Assembly (NCBI RefSeq): GCF_000020385.1
Contig: NC_010814.1
Location: forward strand, 1,560,001-1,592,000
Direction: 5' to 3'
Origin: Trichlorobacter lovleyi SZ
GTDB lineage: Bacteria > Desulfobacterota > Desulfuromonadia > Geobacterales > Pseudopelobacteraceae
DNA length: 32,000 nt
In this document: positions 1 through 9,591 of the stretch, piece by piece
Layout of the letters: each line of letters opens with the position of its first letter
Numbering within the stretch: position 1 is the first letter of the stretch
Notes under the pieces: generated by a model
Databases searched by the model: none
What the model was told of the DNA's origin: nothing
The model's input: only the letters and a program-made list of their open reading frames with translations
Program-made: the position numbers and the translations under genes

Positions 1-732
<732 letters not shown>

Positions 733-735
733 GCA

Positions 736-1986
736 TCACCATAAGTTAATTCTGCCTGCAGCGGACATGATTGCGTCAGCAAGGCGTCGCACTCCTTTCT
801 GCTTAGAATAGAAGTTTTTAGCAAAAATCTGGCCGTTTGCCCCTAAGGTAACTAGCTCACACTGCGGAGTTATGATAACCTCTTGCATCTTTTTAGCCAA
901 CCAACAAATATCCTCAGGGGGGCCGACCCAGCCACATTTGGCCTGTCTGATAAGAGAAGCTGTATCGCTTTCTTCATCTACTGTTGCCAATACAGGTTTT
1001 CCAGAGAAGAGATAAGCTGGAAGTTTGGAAGGAATAGAGCTCATAGCAGAACCATGCTTCATGGGTAACATAAAAATATCAGCCATGCTCTGCAGCAAGG
1101 GAACGTTAGCGGCATCGGGATCCTGAATAAAGTGTATATTTTGAGCGCCGAGATTAAGGCTAAACTCAATACATCTAATACGTTCAGATCCATCTCCTAC
1201 AATTATCAGTTGAGCCTCCTTAAGGCCGGATTCATAAAAGGCTCGAATCAAAAAATCAACCCCAGCAACGGGACCTATGTTGCCAAGATACAGAAAAGTA
1301 AAAAGATCATCTCGCATTGTATATTGCCGACAGGCCAGCGTACGGTTATTGGATACATTGAACAACGAATCATCCTGCCAAGTTGGGATGAGCTTTACAA
1401 CTTCACCAGGCAGCTTTCTTGTCTGAGTATAACTGCGTCGCATGTTTTCAGAAATTACAACTACTGATTTTGCACATTTGGCAATCTGAGTATCCAGATA
1501 CAGAAGAGATCCCGCCACAACTGTTTGCGCCCAAACCGGAAGTTTATGAACAAGCGATTCAGGGTAAATATCCATAATCTGCAGGACTGTCGGTATTCCG
1601 ACTTTATATGTGTACCGCATGATAAGTGCTTGTGCAAGCAATGGCCAACTGTTTAGATATATGGCATCAGGCTTCTCATCGCACTTTTTTAGATAACAAC
1701 ATACATGACGGCCAAAGCTCCAACTTTCAGCAAGCCTTGGTAACAAGCGAGATGTGGGACAGCGATACGAGGGTAAACGGACTACCTCAACGCCAGCTTC
1801 AAGAGTCGTTACATTATCTGGAGATTGTAGAGTTTGATAGTCTGCTGTAACTGGACGTGAAGGCTGTGGCGCAAGCACGGTCACGCTTGTTCCCTGTTGA
1901 ATAAGACCTAAAGCAAGATCTTGGGCCATTCTAGCAGAGACCACCGGCTCGGGGGGATAGACTGCGGTGATAATAACAATGTGCAT
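736..1986 (-). CDS. GT4 (group 1) glycosyltransferase, WbuB-like
   Basis: 416-aa ORF. The N-terminus MHIVIITAVYPPEPVVSARMAQDLA and the C-terminal SSIPSKLPAYLFSGKPVLATV segment resemble the WbuB-like subgroup of GT4 enzymes. ATG start at 1986; tightly packed with its neighbours. Confidence 0.75.
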   Translation of the reverse strand: MHIVIITAVYPPEPVVSARMAQDLALGLIQQGTSVTVLAPQPSRPVTADYQTLQSPDNVTTLEAGVEVVRLPSYRCPTSRLLPRLAESWSFGRHVCCYLKKCDEKPDAIYLNSWPLLAQALIMRYTYKVGIPTVLQIMDIYPESLVHKLPVWAQTVVAGSLLYLDTQIAKCAKSVVVISENMRRSYTQTRKLPGEVVKLIPTWQDDSLFNVSNNRTLACRQYTMRDDLFTFLYLGNIGPVAGVDFLIRAFYESGLKEAQLIIVGDGSERIRCIEFSLNLGAQNIHFIQDPDAANVPLLQSMADIFMLPMKHGSAMSSIPSKLPAYLFSGKPVLATVDEESDTASLIRQAKCGWVGPPEDICWLAKKMQEVIITPQCELVTLGANGQIFAKNFYSKQKGVRRLADAIMSAAGRINLW

Positions 1987-1988
1987 CG

Positions 1989-3188
1989 TTATTGTTCCGT
2001 TTCGAGCATCCGCTCATACAAAGAGATCAGCCTTGGAATCTGTGACTCCCAAGTATAGCACTCTCTGAAGGCTAACTGCCCCCGGCACCCTAGCTTCTGC
2101 GCCAGCTCCTTCTCTTGCACAAGTTTCTCTATCGCTGCCACGAAGGAATCGGGATCCTCCGGTTTGGCCAGAATCCCATTTTTGTGCTTGTTGATCAGCT
2201 GTTGCTGATAAGGAAGGTCACTTGATACAATGGGTAGTCCGGCAGCCATGTATTCGAAGAGCTTGGTAGGTATGGCTAGCTCTTGTTTTCTCACCCTAAG
2301 GTTGGGCGCAAGTCCGATCGTAGCTTGATTCAGCAACTCCATAAGACTTGAGGAGGAGACACTAGGAACCACTTGAATTGCCAAAAGTTCCTCCTTAATT
2401 GTGTTACGGAACATCTTCTCAAAATCTCTGCTAGCAAAGCGGTCAGTAACCCATATCTCCACCGTAATCTGTCGTTTCTTCAGTCGTCGAGCTACTTCTA
2501 GAATGAGTGAGCTCCCATTTTCCTGGTAGTGTCCACCGGTAAAAATAATTCTGTCAGTTCTTGTGAGGTAATCGTCCCGATACCCCTCAAGAAGTTTGAT
2601 GCTGGCATAGTTAGGAAGGCTGATCACGTTAAAGCCCCGCCCGGTAAATTCGGTCTCCTGCTGAGGGACTACTATCACGATATTCCTAACAAACAGCGGG
2701 AAGAACCAGTGCATCCCCTGCACGAGCCGCTTAAGGGGGATACGTAGAGGCTTGGGGATCCACTCCCTTACCAGCATCTCTTCGGCGTAGTTTTCGTGGA
2801 CGTCATAGACCACCGGCTTGAACAGTGCCAACAGAGCCATCCAAGGGAGAAGGTCCAAATCGTGGAAATGGACCAGATCAACTTGGGAGAGCCTGGGGAA
2901 CAGGGTGTGCAGTACCCGCCAAGGCACTAGCACACCTCGGACAAGCCTGTTTGCCACGCGAGGGAAAACGTTAACCGATAGGTTTGCCCCTCTGACTCCA
3001 GTGGCACGTTCCCACGGGCAGATAAACTCAACCCGAATCCCTCGTTCTGCCAGTGAATTTACATGCTTCCATATCCTGGCATCAAAATCAGGATGAATGG
3101 ACGTTACTACTGCAACAGAACGTAGCTTATACTTAGTAGCTTTATTAATTGTTGTTATAGTTGTTTTATGAGTTAATAATGAAATCAT
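1989..3188 (-). CDS. GT4 (group 1) glycosyltransferase
   Basis: 399-aa ORF with a GT4 C-terminal sugar-donor motif (IPTKLFEYMAAGLPIVSSDLP). The first ~22 codons are extremely AT-rich and overlap the 3' end of the wzy-like gene by 23 nt. Confidence 0.75.
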   Translation of the reverse strand: MISLLTHKTTITTINKATKYKLRSVAVVTSIHPDFDARIWKHVNSLAERGIRVEFICPWERATGVRGANLSVNVFPRVANRLVRGVLVPWRVLHTLFPRLSQVDLVHFHDLDLLPWMALLALFKPVVYDVHENYAEEMLVREWIPKPLRIPLKRLVQGMHWFFPLFVRNIVIVVPQQETEFTGRGFNVISLPNYASIKLLEGYRDDYLTRTDRIIFTGGHYQENGSSLILEVARRLKKRQITVEIWVTDRFASRDFEKMFRNTIKEELLAIQVVPSVSSSSLMELLNQATIGLAPNLRVRKQELAIPTKLFEYMAAGLPIVSSDLPYQQQLINKHKNGILAKPEDPDSFVAAIEKLVQEKELAQKLGCRGQLAFRECYTWESQIPRLISLYERMLETEQ

Positions 3189-4455
3189 TACTATTTCTAT
3201 GTTTAAAAAGGTAAATTGTACTATCAGAAAATGACATGAAAATAAGTAAAAAAGGGAAAGTGAGTGGGCTAAATATGACTGCGGCTGGTATCATAAATAC
3301 GCAGGCTAGTAATATAATTGATAATACTAAAGTATTTATGTTTTTAGCTATTTGTTTTGATTTTTTATTAAATATAAATGGTGCTATTAACAAAATCAAT
3401 AACCAAACTACGCCCAAAAGACCTAATGATCTTAATATATATATCCACTCGTTATCCGCCCCTATGAAAATATTAGTAGCGCGAGGCATAAACCCCACTC
3501 CCAGAATAGGACTCATATTAAAGTATTTCCAATTTATACTCCAACCACCATATCTAGCAGAAAAACTAGTGTCTTCAGCAACATTATCTAAGTTTTCATA
3601 TCGATACAAAATTGCATTATATAAAAGTTCATTTTGCAGCAAAAATTCATATGAATAATATAGAGTAAAAATAATAATTAAACCAATAGCTATTTTTATT
3701 AATTTAATTTTAGTACTAGTATTTTTCATTGCGAATAGAAACAAAAATAAACCTGCAAAAAGAGATATTAACGCTCCACGCGAAAGAGTCATAAAAAGTG
3801 CTATAAACATAACTGGTAGTGTAATTGTAATTGCAGTCTCCTTTTTATTCAAAGTCATATAGATAGCTAAAAGTATACCTATCGCCAGAGCATATCCTTG
3901 TATATTTGGATTACCCATCATTCCTACGACTCTTGGTGTTGGATAACCTGGCATCAAAGAAGTAAACTGGGTCGGTGCTATGAGAGGTATATAAATAGAA
4001 TTTAAGTTAAACAAATTAAAATATTGTTGAAAACAAACAAGAGATGAGACTGCCGCTAGTGATATATATGATCTTATTATAAATTCAATTCTGTTATTAA
4101 GCCCTGATCCATCTAAATTTATAAAATTATAAAAGATAATATATATTAATATTGACTTTGCAAGCCAAACTAACTTCATTAAATCTGCCAGCGTAGCAGG
4201 TAAAGCACAAACTGCTCCAGCAAATATTGATAGCATCAATATAGGGGGGAAAAATAGCATTATTATTACTCTTGATGGTATTTTTATACTCCAACCATTT
4301 TTGTTGGGAATGCAAAATATTATCAAAACGAATAATAATACGTAAATTTCTTCTAGCCTTATACCTATAACACCTGGGGCGTAAAAAGTTGGTGTTAATA
4401 AGAGCATAAATAGTATTGTGAATGTACTATATTTATATAAATCTGAAGTAGTCAT
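3166..4455 (-). CDS. wzy: O-antigen polymerase / O-antigen-ligase-family (Wzy-like) integral membrane protein
   Basis: 429-aa ORF, very hydrophobic, with roughly 10-12 predicted TM segments and a central loop (SRGALISLFAGLFLF...) typical of the Wzy_C/O-antigen ligase family. Very low GC. Embedded among glycosyltransferases and a flippase. Confidence 0.65.
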   Translation of the reverse strand: MTTSDLYKYSTFTILFMLLLTPTFYAPGVIGIRLEEIYVLLFVLIIFCIPNKNGWSIKIPSRVIIMLFFPPILMLSIFAGAVCALPATLADLMKLVWLAKSILIYIIFYNFINLDGSGLNNRIEFIIRSYISLAAVSSLVCFQQYFNLFNLNSIYIPLIAPTQFTSLMPGYPTPRVVGMMGNPNIQGYALAIGILLAIYMTLNKKETAITITLPVMFIALFMTLSRGALISLFAGLFLFLFAMKNTSTKIKLIKIAIGLIIIFTLYYSYEFLLQNELLYNAILYRYENLDNVAEDTSFSARYGGWSINWKYFNMSPILGVGFMPRATNIFIGADNEWIYILRSLGLLGVVWLLILLIAPFIFNKKSKQIAKNINTLVLSIILLACVFMIPAAVIFSPLTFPFLLIFMSFSDSTIYLFKHRNSNDFIINS

Positions 4456-5576
4456 TTGATTAAATTGATATACACGTCATTCAATTTCTTTTCTACGGCA
4501 GAATAAGAAAAATTAAGAACAGCGTATTCACGAATCTCAAATGGATTATAATTTGATTTTAGTAGGTTTACTAATCCTTCGTATAAATCACCACCACTGT
4601 CTAAAAGTAGACCTAATTTATTGCTAGTAATTATTGACTCGGGTCCTCCGGCCTTAAAAGCTAATGCAGGTAACCCACAAGCCATGGCTTCGATTAAAAC
4701 AACGCCAAACGTCTCTTGAATGCTTGGTAAAATAAAATAATCTGAATCTTCTAACAACTTTTTGATTTCTAATCTCGATAGTTCCCCTAACAAAACGACA
4801 ACACTTTGTAAATTGTTATAATGAATATATTCAAGCAATTTATCTTTTTCTTTTCCGTCGCCAGCAATAGAGAGTTTTACGTTGTAGCCATTTATATATA
4901 ATTTATGCACGGCTTTTATAAGTGTTAAATGATTCTTGTTGATTGTTAAATTACCAATAGATACTAGTTTTGTTACAAAATTTTTTTTATTTGAATCATT
5001 TATGTTAAAAAAATCAGTATTAACTAAATTTGGTATATAATAAAATGGAAGATTTAAAACATTCGACAGTTTATCAGCAAGCGCTTTACTAACAGCTATA
5101 TTAACACTGCTCTGAGAATAAATTCGCTTCAACCTGTCAAATTCTGATGTTTTCATATCCATTAAATTCCACATAACACTTGAATGCTCTGTTATAACGA
5201 ACTTAATTTTGAAATTTTCTTTTATCCAGACAGCAATATCTGCAGCATTTACGTTATGCACATGTATTATATCTGGTAATCCATTAACTTTTATATATTT
5301 TAAAAAAAGTATTTTGCTGGCATTAAGTACAATAAATTTATTTATTTTCAATAACCACCTTATTGCGGGAACTTCGTAAACCCAGTCTTCCTCTTCAATT
5401 TGACCAAATTTAAAATTTTTTGATTTGAAGCACATATTAAATGTCTTTGGAATTGCACCCAAAACGCCAACTTTGGGAATGGACTGCCTTAGTGCAAACA
5501 CTTGCTCCTTAATAAAAATTGCATTGTACAAAAAATGTTTGGTTGGATAAGCATATGGTATTATGAGCACATGCAT
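4452..5576 (-). CDS. GT4 (group 1) glycosyltransferase
   Basis: 374-aa ORF with an EX7E-type motif (QETFGVVLIEAMACGLPALAFKAGGPESII). 4-nt overlap with the downstream wzy-like gene. Confidence 0.8.
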   Translation of the reverse strand: MHVLIIPYAYPTKHFLYNAIFIKEQVFALRQSIPKVGVLGAIPKTFNMCFKSKNFKFGQIEEEDWVYEVPAIRWLLKINKFIVLNASKILFLKYIKVNGLPDIIHVHNVNAADIAVWIKENFKIKFVITEHSSVMWNLMDMKTSEFDRLKRIYSQSSVNIAVSKALADKLSNVLNLPFYYIPNLVNTDFFNINDSNKKNFVTKLVSIGNLTINKNHLTLIKAVHKLYINGYNVKLSIAGDGKEKDKLLEYIHYNNLQSVVVLLGELSRLEIKKLLEDSDYFILPSIQETFGVVLIEAMACGLPALAFKAGGPESIITSNKLGLLLDSGGDLYEGLVNLLKSNYNPFEIREYAVLNFSYSAVEKKLNDVYINLIK

Positions 5577-5769
5577 AATATAGTTGCCTCAGGCTGTTGC
5601 GCAATATTTTGAGTGTTAGTCTTTTTTATATATGAAATCACTACTGTCCGGTAAATTTTGATTGTACAGTTGTAACTGACTGAGTTTCATTGCTCTTTGA
5701 CACAATTGTTCTTTTTTCAATTTGAATTCGTTCCAGGTGTACCCTTTCTGTGGCTACAGGAGGGTGCAT

Positions 5770-6270
5770 ATGAACACCGGCATAACTGTTTTCAAGCAAT
5801 TGCTGCAGCATCTGCCCCGCTACGAATTCAATCTCTGCGTTCGCCGCTATAACGGAGAATACCGGGCCAGAAAATTCTCGTCTTACGACCAGTTCCTCTG
5901 TCTGGCCTACGCCCAGATGACAGGACGCGACAGCTTGAGAGATATTGAAACCTGCCTCAACTCCCACAAGGAGAAGCTCTACCACATAGGTTTCCGTGGT
6001 GATGTTTCCCGGACGACTCTTGCTGATGCCAACGAACGTAGGAACTGGCGCATCTTTCAGGATTTTGGCCAAGTCCTGATTGGCAGAGCGCAGCGGCTTT
6101 ACCAGAATGATCCGATTGCGATTGAGTTGAAGCAGCCGCTCTATGCTTTTGATTCAACTACCGTTGACCTATGCCTGTCTCTGTTTCTCTGGGCGGAGTT
6201 CCGTACAACCAAGGCTGCGGTAAAGATGCATGCACTGATTGATCTGCGTGGCCCCATCCCTACATGGGTA
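5770..6270 (+). pseudogene. IS4-family transposase, N-terminal fragment (DUF4372-type N-terminus), cut by the IS256 insertion
   Basis: An AGGAGG RBS precedes ATG 5770. The translation MNTGITVFKQLLQHLPRYEFNLCVRRYNGEYRARKFSSYDQFLCLAYAQMTGRDSLRDIE...KMHALIDLRGPIPTWV matches the conserved N-terminal half of IS4-family transposases. The reading frame then runs into the IS256 left end and the DDE core is missing. Confidence 0.75.
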
Positions 6271-7647
6271 GATAACGTAAAATATCTTTCGCTTTTTTAA
6301 AAAGAGTCACAGCAGTGCCTGATTTTGGTTAGAATTTAAGTCGCCAAACACAAATTCGACCGAAAAGGAGAACACTGCTGTGGACGATCATTCTACTAAA
6401 AAGGCATAAATAATCCAGCTCAATGAGAGCGCCGTACGGGACAACCTCGGGGAAATGGTCAGAAACACCGTTGAGGATACCCTCAACAGCATGCTGGATT
6501 CTGAAGCTGATCGTTTGTGCAATGCCGAGAAGTACCAGCGTCATGATGCCAGAATCGACACCCGTGCCGGTCATTACCAGCGCAAGCTCATGACCAAAGC
6601 CGGAGAAGTGAATCTCAACATTCCGAAGCTTAGACGCCAGACCTTTGAAACGGCCATCATTGAACGTTATCGTCGTCGTGAAGCATCTGTCGAAGAATCG
6701 CTGATCGAGATGTACCTGGCCGGTGTATCGGTACGCAGGATAGAAGACATCACCGAAACCCTGTGGGGCACCAAGGTAAGCCCCGGTACTATCAGTAACC
6801 TCAACAAAAAGGTCTACGCCAAGATTGAAGAATGGCGCAATCGCCCGATTATCGGCAACCATCCCTACGTCTACCTGGATGGTATTGTTCTGAAGCGTTC
6901 CTGGGGCGGAGAGGTATGCAACGTATCAGTACTGGTTGCCATCGGCGTCAACGAGTATGGCTACCGCAAGATTCTCGGAGTCTGTGAAGGAGCCAAGGAA
7001 GACAAGGCAGGCTGGTCAAGCTTCCTGCACCACCTGAAACAGCGTGGCCTGACCGGTGTCCAACTCTTCATTACCGATGCCTGTATGGGGCTGGTGGAGT
7101 CACTGGCTGAGTATTACCCTGAGAGCAAATGGCAACGCTGCATTGTTCATTTCTACCGGAACGTCTTCAGTGTGGTACCGCGCAAGAAGATGCCAGAGGT
7201 GGCTGCCATGCTCAAGGCGATTCATGCCTCAGAAGACAAACAGGCTGCCATAGAAAAAGCCGGTACGGTCTTCACCAAGCTGGAAGAGATGAAGCTCAGG
7301 GAGGCAGCAAAGAAGGTGCAGGACTCAATCAGTGAAACCCTGACCTACTTTGATTTTCCGCGAGAACACAGAATCAGGATCAGAACCAACAACGCACTTG
7401 AGCGGATCATGAAAGAAATCAGGAGACGAACCAGAGTAGTCGGTGCATTTCCTGATGGTCACTCAGCCTTAATGCTCTGTGCTGCCAGACTACGACATAT
7501 TGCAGGCACCCAATGGGGCTCGAAACGCTATCTGAATATTGATCTTCTCAAAGAACAGGAACTCGAACTGCAACTGCAAATAAATGAGGCGGCTTAATAA
7601 CCAAAAGGCACTGCAAAACAAAAAAGCGAAAAAATCTTTACACTACC
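6267..7647 (+). mobile_element. IS256-family insertion sequence nested in the IS4 relic (ends approximate, +/- 6 nt)
   Basis: Imperfect terminal inverted repeats. Left end: GGTAGATAACGTAAAATATCTTTCGCTTTTTT (from 6267). Reverse complement of the right end: GGTAGTGTAAAGATTTTTTCGCTTTTTT (ending 7647). The ~1.38-kb size and single Mutator-type transposase gene fit IS256. There is no flanking target duplication, consistent with an adjacent deletion of the IS4 core. Confidence 0.7.
6455..7597 (+). CDS. IS256-family (Mutator-type) transposase. This is the longest intact ORF; the ancestral start seems to be GTG 6380, with an in-frame TAA at 6407-6409.
   Basis: 380-aa ORF with typical IS256 transposase blocks (RAGHYQRKLMTKAGEVNLNIPKLR, MYLAGVSVRRIEDI, YVYLDGIVLKR, ITDACMGLVESL, WQRCIVHFYRN, RTNNALERIMKEIRRRTRVV). 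Upstream in the same frame: RBS AAAGGAG (6364-6370), GTG 6380, VDDHSTKKA, stop, then IIQLNESAVRDNLGE-M6455. Confidence 0.8.
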   Translation: MVRNTVEDTLNSMLDSEADRLCNAEKYQRHDARIDTRAGHYQRKLMTKAGEVNLNIPKLRRQTFETAIIERYRRREASVEESLIEMYLAGVSVRRIEDITETLWGTKVSPGTISNLNKKVYAKIEEWRNRPIIGNHPYVYLDGIVLKRSWGGEVCNVSVLVAIGVNEYGYRKILGVCEGAKEDKAGWSSFLHHLKQRGLTGVQLFITDACMGLVESLAEYYPESKWQRCIVHFYRNVFSVVPRKKMPEVAAMLKAIHASEDKQAAIEKAGTVFTKLEEMKLREAAKKVQDSISETLTYFDFPREHRIRIRTNNALERIMKEIRRRTRVVGAFPDGHSALMLCAARLRHIAGTQWGSKRYLNIDLLKEQELELQLQINEAA

Positions 7648-7648
7648 G

Positions 7649-7807
7649 AAAAAGGAGCTTGGGGTTCAGTGCTCGCTCTACACTTTTCTACAGATTCTTG
7701 AGGTCAATCTGTTCGAGAAAAGGCCCATTTTATCGGTACTCACAGATGCACTTAGGCAGAAAAACAACATAGACGACGAAATGCAGCTGAATTTATTCAA
7801 CTATTAA
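7649..7807 (+). pseudogene. IS4-family transposase, C-terminal fragment
   Basis: The frame reads EKELGVQCSLYTFLQILEVNLFEKRPILSVLTDALRQKNNIDDEMQLNLFNY-stop. This is the characteristic C-terminal tail (..LYxxLQILxxxLFEKxPI....QLxLF) of the same IS4 transposase family. The stop TAA at 7805-7807 overlaps the right inverted repeat. Confidence 0.7.
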
Positions 7808-7846
7808 CCGGACAGTAGTGATATGAAATACCTATGAAATGATGTG

Positions 7847-9055
7847 TCAGTCAGAAGTTTGTTTTGAAGCACTCTTTATTATTTCTATAACACTTGAATA
7901 CTCGAGTTCCATACGCTCGTCCCACGTAAGTACTAAATTTGAAAATGTATCATAACTATTATTTACTATTTTGTCTTTTAATTTGCAATTAATCACATTC
8001 AATATTTTTTTTGCGTTATCTAAATAATTAAATTGATCTGACATAATACCATTTATTCCGTCTTTTATAACCATATTAGTATCACCATTGTTTATTGTAA
8101 CTACAAGGCATTTGTTATACATTGCTTCTAAAAGTGGATTTCCTAAATTTGATAGGTCATAATGAGATAAAAATATATCTGAATTAGCCATTAAATAATT
8201 TACCTCATCTCTATTGACAGAACCTAAGAAAGTAACAGAATCATGTATACCACTCTTTTTGACAATCGATAATAAATGTGCGGATAATGGACCATCACCG
8301 ACAATAAGTAATCGGGATTCAGGCAACTCCTGATGAACTTGCCTAAAAACTTCGATTGAACGATCAACCCTCTTCCATTTTTCAAGCCTAGAAACAGTTA
8401 TAAAGTTATATTTTAGCCTAGAACCTACAATATTTATAATATTAACAGAAACGTTAGCTCGATTAATAATGTGTTTATCAACGCCATTCATCAAAAATAT
8501 AATGTTGCTTTTATCTTTAGCTCTTAGTGTCGACAATACTAAGTCGCCTTTAGTACCATCGTTTGTCATGATCGTTAAATGCGATTTAATTTTAAGTGAT
8601 AAATAATGAGGAAAGAACCTGAGTTGCCACAGTGCGCTATCCATATGTGGATAAAGAATAGTTCCCTGAAAACGAGTAATCAGCTGTATTTTTTTAAAAT
8701 ATGAAATTAGCTTTAAAGCGGGAACAAATTCAATTTCATATGCATATAACAAATCTATTTCATGTTTACTCCTTATAAACGTATATAAAAAAATAAATTG
8801 ATTGAGAATATAATTTAAAATACGTTTGATATTAGATAATATTGGCTTATTCCAGCTAGAAAGTTTAGGTAATTTAATAAACACTACATTATTCAACTCT
8901 GGAACTGGATTTATTGCTTCTGTTGAATATAAATATATATTGTGTTTCTTTTTGTTGTAAAGTTCTAGTGTTTTAAAAAATGATGGTGCCCCAGAACTTT
9001 TTGATAGCGACCATACATTCAAATTTGTGGCTATCAGTATACTACTGTTTTTCAT
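7847..9055 (-). CDS. GT4 (group 1) glycosyltransferase
   Basis: The track ORF 7847-9199 is trimmed to ATG 9055 (MKNSSILIATNLNVW...), which overlaps the upstream gene stop as ATGA and has a GGAG RBS. C-terminal GT4-like segment: LGNPLLEAMYNKCLVVTINNGD. Low GC. Confidence 0.7.
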   Translation of the reverse strand: MKNSSILIATNLNVWSLSKSSGAPSFFKTLELYNKKKHNIYLYSTEAINPVPELNNVVFIKLPKLSSWNKPILSNIKRILNYILNQFIFLYTFIRSKHEIDLLYAYEIEFVPALKLISYFKKIQLITRFQGTILYPHMDSALWQLRFFPHYLSLKIKSHLTIMTNDGTKGDLVLSTLRAKDKSNIIFLMNGVDKHIINRANVSVNIINIVGSRLKYNFITVSRLEKWKRVDRSIEVFRQVHQELPESRLLIVGDGPLSAHLLSIVKKSGIHDSVTFLGSVNRDEVNYLMANSDIFLSHYDLSNLGNPLLEAMYNKCLVVTINNGDTNMVIKDGINGIMSDQFNYLDNAKKILNVINCKLKDKIVNNSYDTFSNLVLTWDERMELEYSSVIEIIKSASKQTSD

Positions 9056-9591
9056 CTCAACTCCTTCAGTATTTTTGCAGGAATACCTCCAATTATAACA
9101 CGATCTGGGAATGATTTGGAAACTATTGCTCCTGCGGCAATTACAGTTCTGTTGCCAATTCTTGCATCTTTTAGCACCATTGAACCTCTTGCAATCCAAA
9201 CATCATTGCCAATTTCAACAGTACCTATATCCATTCCTTGTTCACGTATTGTCTTGTCTTGTAAATCAAATCGATGGTTGCTGTCAGTAATATATGTATA
9301 AGGAGCCATAATTACATCACTCCCTATTGTAACGTACTTTCCAACTGATATTTCAGTGTCATGCCCGGTACTTGTGTTGTCTCCAATAATTAATGAAGCG
9401 CCTTTTTTAACATAAATAACTGTACCAGGCTTGAGTCTACATCCTCTACCCAGTACCAGTTTTGATTCCTTTTCCAAAAGTATTCGCACATTTGGGCACA
9501 TTGAAACAAATCCGTTTAGATGGATACGCTTATCTAATTTGAGTCGTAAATATCTAAACAATAACAGTAGTTGCTTTAACTTGCTTAACAT
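9052..9591 (-). CDS. Left-handed beta-helix (hexapeptide-repeat) acetyltransferase
   Basis: 179-aa ORF with successive hexapeptide-type repeats (IGDNTSTGHDTEISVGKYVTIGSDVIM...VEIGNDVWIARGSMVLKDARIGNRTVIAAGAIVSKSFPDRVIIGGIPAKI), typical of WcaF/maltose-O-acetyltransferase-like enzymes. Confidence 0.75.
   Translation of the reverse strand: MLSKLKQLLLLFRYLRLKLDKRIHLNGFVSMCPNVRILLEKESKLVLGRGCRLKPGTVIYVKKGASLIIGDNTSTGHDTEISVGKYVTIGSDVIMAPYTYITDSNHRFDLQDKTIREQGMDIGTVEIGNDVWIARGSMVLKDARIGNRTVIAAGAIVSKSFPDRVIIGGIPAKILKELR

Larger units (their letters stand above)
5639..7820 (+). mobile_element. IS4-family insertion sequence relic, internally deleted and carrying a nested IS256-family element
   Basis: Terminal inverted repeats CACTACTGTCCGGT at 5639-5652 and, reverse-complemented, at 7807-7820 (14/14, 17/18 when extended). 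They are flanked by a perfect 9-bp direct repeat ATATGAAAT (5630-5638 and 7821-7829), which is the target-site duplication. The interior encodes N- and C-terminal transposase fragments. Confidence 0.85.

Noticed and set aside
3236-3658. 140-aa plus-strand ORF and other AT-rich ORFs (4127-4315, 12027-12260, 12804-13001) in the cassette
   Set aside because: They are antisense or alternative-frame ORFs inside the wzy-like and wzx-like membrane-protein genes. They have low complexity, no RBS and no recognisable motifs.
5641-6862. Minus-strand ORFs 5641-6072 (143 aa) and 6329-6862 (177 aa)
   Set aside because: They are antisense to clearly recognisable IS4 and IS256 transposase coding sequence, and no motifs are recognisable.
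9056-9199. The N-terminal extension of track ORF 7847-9199 (Cys/Arg/Asn-rich MDCKRFNGAKRCKNW...)
   Set aside because: It overlaps the acetyltransferase 3' end out of frame. ATG 9055 has an RBS and ATGA coupling and starts a normal GT4 N-terminus. The same logic applies to 22277-22345 (wzz) and 13196-13213 (wzx).
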